Positions 19,409 through 28,449 of a stretch of DNA of 64,000 nt are shown piece by piece. The position numbers were made by a program, and so were the translations under genes. Where the stretch lies: contig OY764216.1 of assembly GCA_963668315.1 (NCBI GenBank), positions 3,712,001 through 3,776,000 of the forward strand. The letters are read 5' to 3'. The stretch's first letter is position 1; every line of letters begins with the position of its first letter. Source of the stretch: Spirochaetia bacterium. Lineage in GTDB: Bacteria; Spirochaetota; Spirochaetia; DSM-2461. The notes beneath the pieces were generated by a model that saw only the letters and a list, made by a program, of their open reading frames with translations, made no database searches and had not been told where the DNA came from.

Positions 19409-20858
19409 CGCAATCGGCACAAAAAGAGGAAAAGGCCCCCTTAAGGTGGTCACCGTAAACACGGCATCCCCTTTCCCATATATCCGAAATCTCCTCAGTC
19501 AGGAGATTTCCCAGAGTTTCCTCCCGGTCCAGCCTTTCCTGACAGAGAAGAACCGTACCGTCCATGAGGACATTCATATCCCGTTTGATATGCCAGCAGG
19601 GATTTCTGTCCCAGGGCGCCAGTTCCGTAATCTTCCGGGGAGGCAGTTTTGCGCAGAAATGATCGTATTTTTTAATAATCAGCTTACCCGGCTTCTCTTT
19701 CCATGCCTGGTAGAAGGCTTCCAGAAAATCCTCGCTCTCACCTATCCGCGTCGTCTGCACATAAAGATTCTCTTCCGATTTCCCGCCCAGATAATCTATA
19801 AACCCCAGGGCTTCATCCTGCCCTTCCCCCCTGATCTGCCTGTAAAGCTCCGGATCCAGGGCATCCAGGGTGACAACCCAGTCGATACGGGGACCGAAAG
19901 CGTCGAGAAGGGCATCCAGGGAATTCCGGTCCCAGCCCAGACCGTTTGTTTCCATAAGGAGACGGAACCCTTCATGGGAAAGGACATCGCCCATCATGGC
20001 ATAGATTTCGGGATGCAGGGACGGCTCCCCCCAAAAGGAGAGGGACACAACGCCGTCTCCGGCGAAGAGGGCCGCTTTATCCAGCATGATCTTTAGATCA
20101 CGACGGGGCATGCTGTCTCCCCGGACGGAAAAATCCGGTTCGGGCAGGTAAAAGGGCTTCTGCTGCGTTCTATCGGTTATCTGAAATTGAAAGAAAGCGG
20201 GGAGCGTTCTCAGAAGTTCCTGTTTTCCGTTCAGCCCCTCCGCGATCGCTTCTCCGCCCGTCAGCCCCGCTTCCCGCAGACGATCGAGGAGGAGAAAGTT
20301 TCTTTTACTGTCCGCGGCCAGCTCCAGCCGCAAGAGCCGGAAATCCACGGGACTGATCAGGGTTTCCAGATCAAAGGCATTAATGTCCTTCTGTATGAGG
20401 GTAAAAAGGGCATCACGGGAAAGGGGGGAATCATCACCCCGTCCAAGCAGGGCAAGCTTCTCCATGGCGCTCTTTTCCAGAATTTCCGGGGTCAATCCCA
20501 GAGGCCAGCCGTCGGAGAAGGTATACTGGGACATATATCTGTCATGATGGGTCAGGAGATCATCGGTCAGCTTCCTGTCCAGAAAAGGGGTATCCGACCA
20601 GAGGTAGATGATTCTGTCATAATCGGCGAAGATTTCAGAAAAGGCCTCGACCAGAGCGGATTTTTTATCCTCCGTTTCACGGGGGGAAGCGTTCGGGAAG
20701 GATGTCACCCCGCCGGGGGCAATCAGCTCCACCACAGGTGTCCCTTCGAATCGGCCCAGATATTCTTCCACCATTTCCAGAGGCGAAGAGCCGTTGGTCA
20801 TTTTTTCCCGAGCCCATACCTTCTGCTTTATCGAGTTTACGACCAATACGGTTGGCAT
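19383..20858 (-). CDS. Spiro-SPASM protein (cytidylyltransferase-like + degenerate radical SAM + SPASM)
   Basis: WSDTPFLD, YTFSDGWPLGLTPEIL, KDINAFDLET, SFWGEPSLHP, METNG, PCWHIKRDMNVLMDG...LCQ, FCADCDEYYTYNF. Confidence 0.85.
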   Translation of the reverse strand: MPTVLVVNSIKQKVWAREKMTNGSSPLEMVEEYLGRFEGTPVVELIAPGGVTSFPNASPRETEDKKSALVEAFSEIFADYDRIIYLWSDTPFLDRKLTDDLLTHHDRYMSQYTFSDGWPLGLTPEILEKSAMEKLALLGRGDDSPLSRDALFTLIQKDINAFDLETLISPVDFRLLRLELAADSKRNFLLLDRLREAGLTGGEAIAEGLNGKQELLRTLPAFFQFQITDRTQQKPFYLPEPDFSVRGDSMPRRDLKIMLDKAALFAGDGVVSLSFWGEPSLHPEIYAMMGDVLSHEGFRLLMETNGLGWDRNSLDALLDAFGPRIDWVVTLDALDPELYRQIRGEGQDEALGFIDYLGGKSEENLYVQTTRIGESEDFLEAFYQAWKEKPGKLIIKKYDHFCAKLPPRKITELAPWDRNPCWHIKRDMNVLMDGTVLLCQERLDREETLGNLLTEEISDIWERGCRVYGDHLKGAFSSFCADCDEYYTYNF

Positions 20859-20971
20859 CAATTATCCCCCTTCCCTCTTCAAAACCGAATTATATCATAC
20901 TTTTTCGGAATATTCACCGGGGGGATTGAGTTCTTTTGAAATATGAACGAAGATAGTTTCAGAGGATAGAG

Positions 20972-21811
20972 ATGTTAAAAATTGCCGAATACAATGAACT
21001 GCAGATACTCACCGTGAAAATCAACGGGTGCTATCTTGACGGAGGAAATGAGACCGTGTTTCTTCCCGCCCTGGAAATGCCCGACGGCGCGGGTCAGGGC
21101 GAATACATACAGGTGTATATATATAGAGGGCGGGACGGGATGCTCAAGGCGACCACTGAAGTCGCTCCCGCCGTCATGGGGGGATACGGCTGTTTTCCCG
21201 TAAGAAAAAAACAGGATTACGGCGCCTTCCTGAACTGGGGGCTGGGAAGGGACCTGTTTCTTCCCAAACGCTTCTACCGCACCGATTTCAATGAAGGGGA
21301 CAATGTTGTTGTCAGGCTTATCCCCGATGTGGAAGACAACAGCGTCATCGCCACCGAGAAATTCACAAGAGCCCTGGAAGAGGAGAAGCCCGAAGACCTT
21401 GAGGAGAACCAGGAAGTGGACCTCCTTGTCTGGGATATCAATTCCCGGGGAGCCCGGGTCATCGTGGAAGACCGTTTCGGCGGCATGGTCTACAGCAGCG
21501 AAACCTTTGAACCCCTCTCCGTGGGTGACCGGAAAAAGGGTTATATCAAAAAAGTCCGGGAGGACGGCAAAATCGATGTGGCCCTGCAGAAACAGGGGTT
21601 CCGCGGCGCCGTGGATGATTCCCGCCAGAAACTCCTCTCCGCTCTCAAAGAGAATAACGGCTATCTTCCCGTGGGCGACAAAAGCTCCCCCGATGAGATA
21701 AAAAAGCACTTGCAGATGAGTAAAAAGATGTTCAAGAAAACAGCCGGCGTTCTTTACAAAGAGGGCAAGTTGATCATAACCGATCAATCCATCGAGCTGA
21801 AGGGCAAATAG
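20972..21811 (+). CDS. cvfB: CvfB/YitL S1 RNA-binding protein
   Basis: GCYLDGG, YGAFLNWGLGRDLFLP, GYIKKVREDGKID, DKSSPDEI, MSKKMFKK..G.LYK. Confidence 0.85.
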   Translation: MLKIAEYNELQILTVKINGCYLDGGNETVFLPALEMPDGAGQGEYIQVYIYRGRDGMLKATTEVAPAVMGGYGCFPVRKKQDYGAFLNWGLGRDLFLPKRFYRTDFNEGDNVVVRLIPDVEDNSVIATEKFTRALEEEKPEDLEENQEVDLLVWDINSRGARVIVEDRFGGMVYSSETFEPLSVGDRKKGYIKKVREDGKIDVALQKQGFRGAVDDSRQKLLSALKENNGYLPVGDKSSPDEIKKHLQMSKKMFKKTAGVLYKEGKLIITDQSIELKGK

Positions 21812-22848
21812 TGGATCAAAAAACGCATTTTTACGATCTGACTCCCTATGCGGTCATGGAGGCCCTGGAGGAAGCCGGTCTCAGGCCGGACGGGTCCTCC
21901 CTTCAGCTGAACAGCCTTGAAAACCGGGTCTACGACCTGGGGCTGGAGGACGGCCGGCACATGGTGGCGAAATTCTACCGTCCCGGAAGATGGTCCCTTG
22001 AACAGATCGAAGAGGAGCACCGCTTTCTCGCCCTGCTGTCGGAGGAGGAAATCCCCGTCTGCGCCCCCATGGAGTTTCCCGGAGGGGGAACCATCCGCAG
22101 GAAGGAAGACATCTATTACGCCGTCTGGCCCCGAACGGGAGGCCGGCAGGTCGATGAGTTCTCCCGTGAACAGCTCCTTATGCTGGGGCGCTACCTGGGA
22201 AGGATTCATCTGGTCGGGGAGAACTGTCCCTTTGCCTATCGTCCCCGCCTTGACCTTGAAAGAATGATAGAGGAACCCCTCCGAATCATCGGCGGACTGG
22301 ATCTTGAGCCGTCCCGGAAGAAACGTTTTTCCGAACTGGCCCGGGAGGCCGGAGAGGCTTACCGGGAATTAAGCCGGGGGGTGTCATTAATCTCCCTCCA
22401 CGGCGACTGCCATACGGGAAACCTCCTGAACGATAGAAACAGGTTTTTCTTCCTGGATTTCGATGACGCCCTCACCGGTCCCGCCGTTCAGGATATATGG
22501 ATGCTCCTGGGCGGGGACGACTACGCCGGGCGCCTGGAACTGATTCTTGAAGGTTACGAAACATTTTACCCCTTCGACCGGAAGGAACTCAGGCTCATCG
22601 AGCCTCTGAGAGCTCTGAGGATGGTCTACTACGCGGGCTGGGTGGCGAAAAGACACGATGATCCGGCCTTCCGCCACGCCTTTCCCCACTGGGGCAGCCG
22701 GGATTACTGGGAACAGGAAATTGCCGATCTGGAGAAGCAGATCGGAAGATTCAGGGAAGATCAGACGGGCGGCTCTTATATCTGTGACGGGGAAAAACCA
22801 GTGGAAGAGCTGACAAATGCGGATTACTTTTTCGACTGGGAAGAGTGA
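21811..22848 (+). CDS. srkA: Stress-response Ser/Thr kinase SrkA (YihE/RdoA)
   Basis: NSLENRVY, KFYRPGRWS, LHGDCHTGN, DFDD, GPAVQDIWML, DPAF..AFP; GTG start overlapping cvfB TAG. Confidence 0.9.
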   Translation: MDQKTHFYDLTPYAVMEALEEAGLRPDGSSLQLNSLENRVYDLGLEDGRHMVAKFYRPGRWSLEQIEEEHRFLALLSEEEIPVCAPMEFPGGGTIRRKEDIYYAVWPRTGGRQVDEFSREQLLMLGRYLGRIHLVGENCPFAYRPRLDLERMIEEPLRIIGGLDLEPSRKKRFSELAREAGEAYRELSRGVSLISLHGDCHTGNLLNDRNRFFFLDFDDALTGPAVQDIWMLLGGDDYAGRLELILEGYETFYPFDRKELRLIEPLRALRMVYYAGWVAKRHDDPAFRHAFPHWGSRDYWEQEIADLEKQIGRFREDQTGGSYICDGEKPVEELTNADYFFDWEE

Positions 22849-24719
22849 TTACCCTTTCTGGAAGCCGTCCCTTTTCCCGGGGCGGAACTCCTGCCGCCCT
22901 TTCCCGTGTAAACGGGGATCAGGTCCTTTCTCTTTAGATCGGTCAGAGCTTCGCGGACCAGTTTTTCATTCTCCCGCTTATTATGCTGTATCAGAGCTCT
23001 CTGCTTTTTTCTCTCCCTCTCCTTTCTTTCCACAAAGACAGGCTTGCCCGTTCGGGGATCTATGCCGGAGTAGTAGATGCAGCTGCTGATTGTTCCCGGA
23101 GTGGGATAGAAATCCTGTATCTGATCGGGGACGAATCCGGTTTTTCGCAGATCCTCCGCCAGAATGAGGGCATCCTTCAGGGTCGAACCGGGATGGGAGG
23201 CGATCAGGTAGGGGATAAGATACTGTTTCTTCCCCAGTTTTTTATTCACCGCGGCGAATTTTTCAGAAAACCCGCGGTAGACTTTGGAAGGCGGTTTCCC
23301 CATTATCCGCAATACCCCATCGGAAGTGTGCTCGGGGGCGACCTTCAGCTGGCCTGAAATGTGGTACTGGCTGAGCTCCTCGAGAAAAGTATCATCCCTG
23401 TCAAGCATCACATAATCAAAACGTATGCCCGAACGGACAAAAACTTTCTTCACCCCGTCCAGCTTTCGCAGTTTGCGCAGAAGGGCCACATAATCGGAGT
23501 GATCGACTTTCAGCTGGGGACAGGGGTCCGGAGCGAGACATGTCCTGTGGGTACAGGGACCGCTCTTCAGCTGTTTGTCACAGGCGGGAAAACGAAAATT
23601 GGCCGTGGGACCGCCCACATCGTTAATATACCCTTTAAAGGAGGGATCCTTTACCATGTCCTCCGCCTCATGCACCAGGGATTCGTGGCTGCGGGAGGAG
23701 ATGATAACGCCCTGGTGAAAGGCGAGAGCGCAGAAGGCGCAGTTGCCGAAACATCCCCTGTTGCTGACAAGGGAGAACCGGACTTCTTTCAATGCGGGGA
23801 TGCCCCCCTCTTTTTCGTACTTGGGATGATATTCCCTCGTATAGGGCAGGCCGTAAACCCGGTCGAACTCCTCCCTTGATATAGGCCGGGCCGGAGGGTT
23901 CTCCACGGCGATCTGACCGCCGGCCTCTTCGACCAGAGCTGTTTTTCTGAAAGGGTTATTATGATCAAGACGGATTTTGAAATTTCCGGCGAAGAGAGAC
24001 TTATCCCTGGCCATATCCTCAAAGGACGGAAGGGTTACAAATTCCCAGGGGGATTCTTCTTCCGCCTCCTTCCATTTTTTCACCGACCGGCGGTAAAGGG
24101 TTCCGGGAATATCGGTTATCCCTTCAACGGGCTTGCCGGAAGCCAGGTCACGGGCCAGGCGCAGGATCGTCTCCTCCCCCATCCCGTAAACAATGATATC
24201 GGCCTTACTGTCAATAATCAGAGACTTCCTCAGCTTATCCGTCCAGTAATCGTAATGGCTCAGACGTCTCAGGGAGGCCTCAATTCCTCCCAGGATGACG
24301 GGCACGCCCTTATAGGCCGCCCTGGCCCGGGAAGTGTAGATGATGGAGGCCCGGTCCGGTCTTTTTCCTGTTTTCCCGCCGGGGGAATAGGAGTCTTCAG
24401 AACGGAGACGCCGGTTGGCCGTATAATGGTTGACCATGGAGTCCATATTCCCCGCCGTTATCAGCCAGGCGATACGGGGCTTTCCCAATCGGGTAAAATC
24501 ATCCGGTCCGTCTCCCTGCCAATCGGGCTGGTCCAGTATGCCCACCTTGAAACCGTCCGCTTCCAGCACCCGGCCGATCAAAGCCGTCCCGAAGGAGGGA
24601 TGGTCCACATAGGCATCGCCGGATATGAGGACAAAATCGCACTGGTCCCAACCCCTCTCTTCCATCTCCTCACGGGTTGTGGGAAGGAAGAGGGCCTGAT
24701 CAGAGTTCTTCGACTTCAT
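22824..24719 (-). CDS. ygiQ: YgiQ-family radical SAM protein
   Basis: GDAYVDHPSFG, GNMDSMVNHYT, GGIEASLRR, RGCFGNCAFC, DVGGPTAN, SGQLKVAPEH, QDFYPTPGT. Confidence 0.9.
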   Translation of the reverse strand: MKSKNSDQALFLPTTREEMEERGWDQCDFVLISGDAYVDHPSFGTALIGRVLEADGFKVGILDQPDWQGDGPDDFTRLGKPRIAWLITAGNMDSMVNHYTANRRLRSEDSYSPGGKTGKRPDRASIIYTSRARAAYKGVPVILGGIEASLRRLSHYDYWTDKLRKSLIIDSKADIIVYGMGEETILRLARDLASGKPVEGITDIPGTLYRRSVKKWKEAEEESPWEFVTLPSFEDMARDKSLFAGNFKIRLDHNNPFRKTALVEEAGGQIAVENPPARPISREEFDRVYGLPYTREYHPKYEKEGGIPALKEVRFSLVSNRGCFGNCAFCALAFHQGVIISSRSHESLVHEAEDMVKDPSFKGYINDVGGPTANFRFPACDKQLKSGPCTHRTCLAPDPCPQLKVDHSDYVALLRKLRKLDGVKKVFVRSGIRFDYVMLDRDDTFLEELSQYHISGQLKVAPEHTSDGVLRIMGKPPSKVYRGFSEKFAAVNKKLGKKQYLIPYLIASHPGSTLKDALILAEDLRKTGFVPDQIQDFYPTPGTISSCIYYSGIDPRTGKPVFVERKERERKKQRALIQHNKRENEKLVREALTDLKRKDLIPVYTGKGGRSSAPGKGTASRKGNHSSQSKK

Positions 24720-26124
24720 CAAGGGCCGCCTGATACTCGAGCATACTCGATTTTAAATGGGTGAAGAACAGAGGGTAGATCACGTTGTAATAATAGTAGG
24801 TCTTATACGTGGGAGACCGGTTGTTGGAGAACCACCCTTCCGTCAGTTTCAGCTTTCGTCCCATATACTGGTCATAGCTGATAAAATCCACATAGCAGTT
24901 CAGATCGCACTCATCCCTGTATTTCAGGGCATCCTGAAGTTTCCCCAGTATCTCCGCCAGATCATAGAGACTGTACTTTTTCTCAATCGCTTCCGCGGTT
25001 TTCTGCTTGGGAGAGTTATTGAATTTACGGAAGATCTTTTCGTATTTGGGAGGCTGGAGAAGCTTGAAGATCTGATCCTTCCGGATTTTTATCTTATACT
25101 CAGCAAAGAGAGCTTCCACCTCATCCAGGACGAAGCGGTTGCCCCGGTAATATTTCAGAAGCTCGATAATCCGGTCGACGCCGTACTCCCCCTTCGTCAG
25201 CAGCAGACGGATCTGGGTCGTGGTATCTTCGGGCAGCTGGGGATTTACCTGGACGCTGTAGGTTTCATAGCGCGAAACCTTCTTCCCCTGAATATAGATG
25301 GTGTGACTTTCAAAGACATCGTCAATGGTCACATTTTTATAGATGCTGTCGTAGAGTTTCGCTTCCCTCTGGAATCGTCTGAAATACTGCTCGAGAGTTC
25401 CTGTGGAGTCGAGGATATGATAATAATCGCTGGAGATGCGGAGACCTCCGGACGGGGCGGAACTTTCCATTCTCTTCGCATCGATGACGGGGACGCCGAT
25501 GACATCCCACTGGCGGGCTCCCTCGGGACCGAAATTACCGATGGTGACTTCGCCTATGGAAGCCCCGATGCGGATCCGTACCTGGAACAGGGCGTTCATG
25601 GAGTGGGCCAGCTCCTCGTTATTACGGAGGGCGGAAATGATTTCATAGGCGGCTTTCACCGTCTCCTGCGCCTCGTGGTCATTGATGATCGTTAATATCG
25701 TCTCGTTGGCTTTGTTGAACAGATTGCAGACCCTCTGCAGCTCGACGCATGTAAGGAACAGCTCCCGGGCGATGTATTTTCTGACCCCCTCGGGGTTTTT
25801 GCCCTTTACGTTCGGATCGATAGGCCCGCCGTAATGAAACATGATGCTGTCGCCCTCAATCTTGTTGAGGTATCCGCCGTGCTTCTTGATCACCCAGTGA
25901 AAAGCGGCATACAGGCCGTTGAGAAAAATATGGTTTTCCTTGGAACTAAGGAACTTGGACAGATAAGTGTAATCGGCGATATCGAGAAAAGCGATACCCA
26001 CAAGAGAATCGGTGGAAGTCTCGGGAATGGCCCCTATTTCCGATATGGCCTGAATCAGCTGAGAAGGCAGGTAATAACTTTCGACAGACCTTCGTAATTT
26101 CAGCTCATCCTTATCAGTCAACAC
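24700..26124 (-). CDS. Soluble class III adenylate/guanylate cyclase-domain protein
   Basis: FLDIADYT, NKIEGDSIM, RIRIG, GNFG, WDVIGVPVIDAKRMES; no TM or sensor domain. Confidence 0.75.
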   Translation of the reverse strand: MLTDKDELKLRRSVESYYLPSQLIQAISEIGAIPETSTDSLVGIAFLDIADYTYLSKFLSSKENHIFLNGLYAAFHWVIKKHGGYLNKIEGDSIMFHYGGPIDPNVKGKNPEGVRKYIARELFLTCVELQRVCNLFNKANETILTIINDHEAQETVKAAYEIISALRNNEELAHSMNALFQVRIRIGASIGEVTIGNFGPEGARQWDVIGVPVIDAKRMESSAPSGGLRISSDYYHILDSTGTLEQYFRRFQREAKLYDSIYKNVTIDDVFESHTIYIQGKKVSRYETYSVQVNPQLPEDTTTQIRLLLTKGEYGVDRIIELLKYYRGNRFVLDEVEALFAEYKIKIRKDQIFKLLQPPKYEKIFRKFNNSPKQKTAEAIEKKYSLYDLAEILGKLQDALKYRDECDLNCYVDFISYDQYMGRKLKLTEGWFSNNRSPTYKTYYYYNVIYPLFFTHLKSSMLEYQAALDEVEEL

Positions 26125-26153
26125 AACAATTGCCCCTATTCTCTGTTTTTTTA

Positions 26154-28421
26154 TTACACAAAATTAAGATATTGTCCATACAATATGGCGTAAAAGCTGA
26201 GAAGTACATCCAATTCGGAGGCCTCCACCCGTTCATAAAGATTCAGGAACCAGAAGAGGCGGCTGAGATTTTCCTCCTCACCCTGCTCTTCCCTCTTCTC
26301 GTACATCGCGGGGCTCAGCTCGAGCACGAGCTGCCTCAGCTCCCGGACAACGCGGTTATAGTCCCGGTTCTTGTAGGATTCCTTAATGGAGGACATCAGA
26401 TTCTTTTTCAGATGTTTCAGCAGAACGGGGGAGCTTTTCTTGATAAGCCGGGCGATAAGCTTCTCCGCTTCATCGCAGAACCGGGTAAAGGAATCCTCCC
26501 AGTCACCCTGCAGAAAGATATAGAACTCTCCGGGATTTCCCAGCATATTGGCCAGGGCGATGGCAAGCTGCTTCCGGAAAACCCGGTTGTTCGATTTTTT
26601 CATCAGGTTGAAAATATCTCCCGCCGCTTCCCTCTCCCCCTTTTTGGACAGGGCGACAGCGCCGGAGACTTTCACTTTTTCACTCTTACCCGTACGCACG
26701 ATGGCCAGGAGTTTCTCAACCGAATCCCGCTCTTCCATATTCCCCAGAGCCTCGGCGCAGACATCCTGCAGTTCCTCCGAAGGATCGGCCAGAGCGCCGA
26801 TGAGAAAGGGGATAGCCCTTTTGTTCCCCGTCTTACTCAGGGCCAGGGCCGAAACCGTCCTTATGGTGGAATCCCGGTCGATCAGTTCCGCTATCAGGGC
26901 GTCCACCGCCTGGGGAGTTCCAATCCGGCCGAGTGTTTTAGCCGCTTCTTCCCTTACGTCCCTGTCCGGGTCATGAAGGCGCTCGATGATTTCCGGTTCC
27001 CCCAGGACGCCGGAGGATCCGCTGATTTTCCTGAGACTGCTCTCGACTTTCGCGGGGGTCTTTTTTTCCTTCTGCACGACGGCGATGGAGTTCATGGTCC
27101 GGAAGATATTGGGATTCATAACGATCCTGATGATCTTTCTGACAGAGGTTTCCCTTAAATCGAGAAAAGAGTAAAGGAGCAGGCCGAAAAGGGTTAGAAG
27201 GGCGGAAATGATGATATTGACGTGTATGCCGTAATGGGGGAATCCCGAACCGGCTGCCGCCAGTTTCTCCATCCTTTCCAGCAGAGTTCCCCCCAGCATG
27301 GGACCGACGGCTCCGAAAATACCGAAAAAAGTCCAGTACCAGGCAATATAGGCGGTCTGGTTCTCCTCATCGGCCAGGGAGTAGGTAATCTGCAGAAGCC
27401 CGTCGAAAAAGGCGGAACTGACCACTCCCGTCAGAAACGCCACAAGAGGCAGGAAGATGAAATAGTTTTCTCCCGTGGCGAAGAAGAAGATAAGCCAGAA
27501 AAGAGGAAAAACCGAACCGATCATTACCGCGCCCTTCTTGCCCAGCCGGTCCATAACCTTTCCCCAGAAAGCCGCCGTCAGCACCCATGTGGACTGGGAA
27601 ATAACCACATTGATACCTATCCACAGATTGGGAGCTCCCAGGCCTTTCCCCTTTTCCACAAACCAGGGAGCCAGAAAGGGGTTTGTGACATTGATGGCCA
27701 TGACGGAAAACCCCAGAACAAAGCAGAAATAGAGAAAGTGCCTGTTGCGGAGAGGAGCCGTTACCATGGAAAGGGTGAATTGTTTTTTCTTTTTCACCGG
27801 CTGTTCGGGTATGCCCATATGAAGGAGGATATCGGCCATGCCGCAGAGTGTGGCGATGAAATAGACCACGGCATAAACAATAAGCGCCCGGTCGGAAAAT
27901 ATATCCAGAAGCCAGGTGATGGTAAAGAAAAAGATAACATTGGACATCTGGTTGATGGCCGAACGCCTCCCGAAAAAGGAAGCCCTGGAGGCGGGCGGGA
28001 CCAGACGGCTCATCCAGGTAAACCATCCGGCGGAGCTCGTATTGGCCAGGGCCAGGCTCAGGACGGTGGATACGGCCACCATAATCAGAGCCGTCCTCTC
28101 CTCTCCGCCCCGGTAGACAAAAACCGCCGCCAGGGAGATGGCAAAAGCCAGGGCCCTGTGGATGAGCGATGTGGTCAGCCAGAAAGTCTTTATCCGCTTG
28201 AACCGGCTGTAGAAAAAGATGGAGGAGAGATGAAAAACGGCGACTATCTGGGTTAAGCCGACGATGAGGCCCAGCTGGGAGGAGGACGCTCCCAGGTGCT
28301 CCGTAAGGAAGATGGACCATATCTGCTGGGGATTGGCGACGATAAACCAGATGACTCCGATGAAACCGGCGCTGAAACTGAGCCGGGTAACCCGTTTTAA
28401 TTCTTCCCCTCTTACAGACAA
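26154..28421 (-). CDS. MFS transporter fused to C-terminal HEAT/PBS-lyase repeats
   Basis: About 12 hydrophobic helices with WGKVMDRLGKK MFS motif, then LHDPDRDVREEAAKTLG, LIDRDSTIRTVSALAL, LADPSEELQDVCAEALG repeats; SD GGAG before TTG. Confidence 0.8.
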   Translation of the reverse strand: MSVRGEELKRVTRLSFSAGFIGVIWFIVANPQQIWSIFLTEHLGASSSQLGLIVGLTQIVAVFHLSSIFFYSRFKRIKTFWLTTSLIHRALAFAISLAAVFVYRGGEERTALIMVAVSTVLSLALANTSSAGWFTWMSRLVPPASRASFFGRRSAINQMSNVIFFFTITWLLDIFSDRALIVYAVVYFIATLCGMADILLHMGIPEQPVKKKKQFTLSMVTAPLRNRHFLYFCFVLGFSVMAINVTNPFLAPWFVEKGKGLGAPNLWIGINVVISQSTWVLTAAFWGKVMDRLGKKGAVMIGSVFPLFWLIFFFATGENYFIFLPLVAFLTGVVSSAFFDGLLQITYSLADEENQTAYIAWYWTFFGIFGAVGPMLGGTLLERMEKLAAAGSGFPHYGIHVNIIISALLTLFGLLLYSFLDLRETSVRKIIRIVMNPNIFRTMNSIAVVQKEKKTPAKVESSLRKISGSSGVLGEPEIIERLHDPDRDVREEAAKTLGRIGTPQAVDALIAELIDRDSTIRTVSALALSKTGNKRAIPFLIGALADPSEELQDVCAEALGNMEERDSVEKLLAIVRTGKSEKVKVSGAVALSKKGEREAAGDIFNLMKKSNNRVFRKQLAIALANMLGNPGEFYIFLQGDWEDSFTRFCDEAEKLIARLIKKSSPVLLKHLKKNLMSSIKESYKNRDYNRVVRELRQLVLELSPAMYEKREEQGEEENLSRLFWFLNLYERVEASELDVLLSFYAILYGQYLNFV

Positions 28422-28449
28422 TGTCCTCTCCTTCGGTACAAATATTTAA

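Noticed and set aside
19383..20858. RiPP cluster implied by the SPASM domain
   Set aside because: No precursor peptide or RRE, SAM-cluster cysteines absent, neighbours are sugar-nucleotide enzymes
24700..28421. Pycsar/CBASS-type defence system (cyclase plus membrane protein)
   Set aside because: Backbone-like composition, purine-type specificity residues, no cNMP-binding/TIR/2-4TM effector, and housekeeping neighbours
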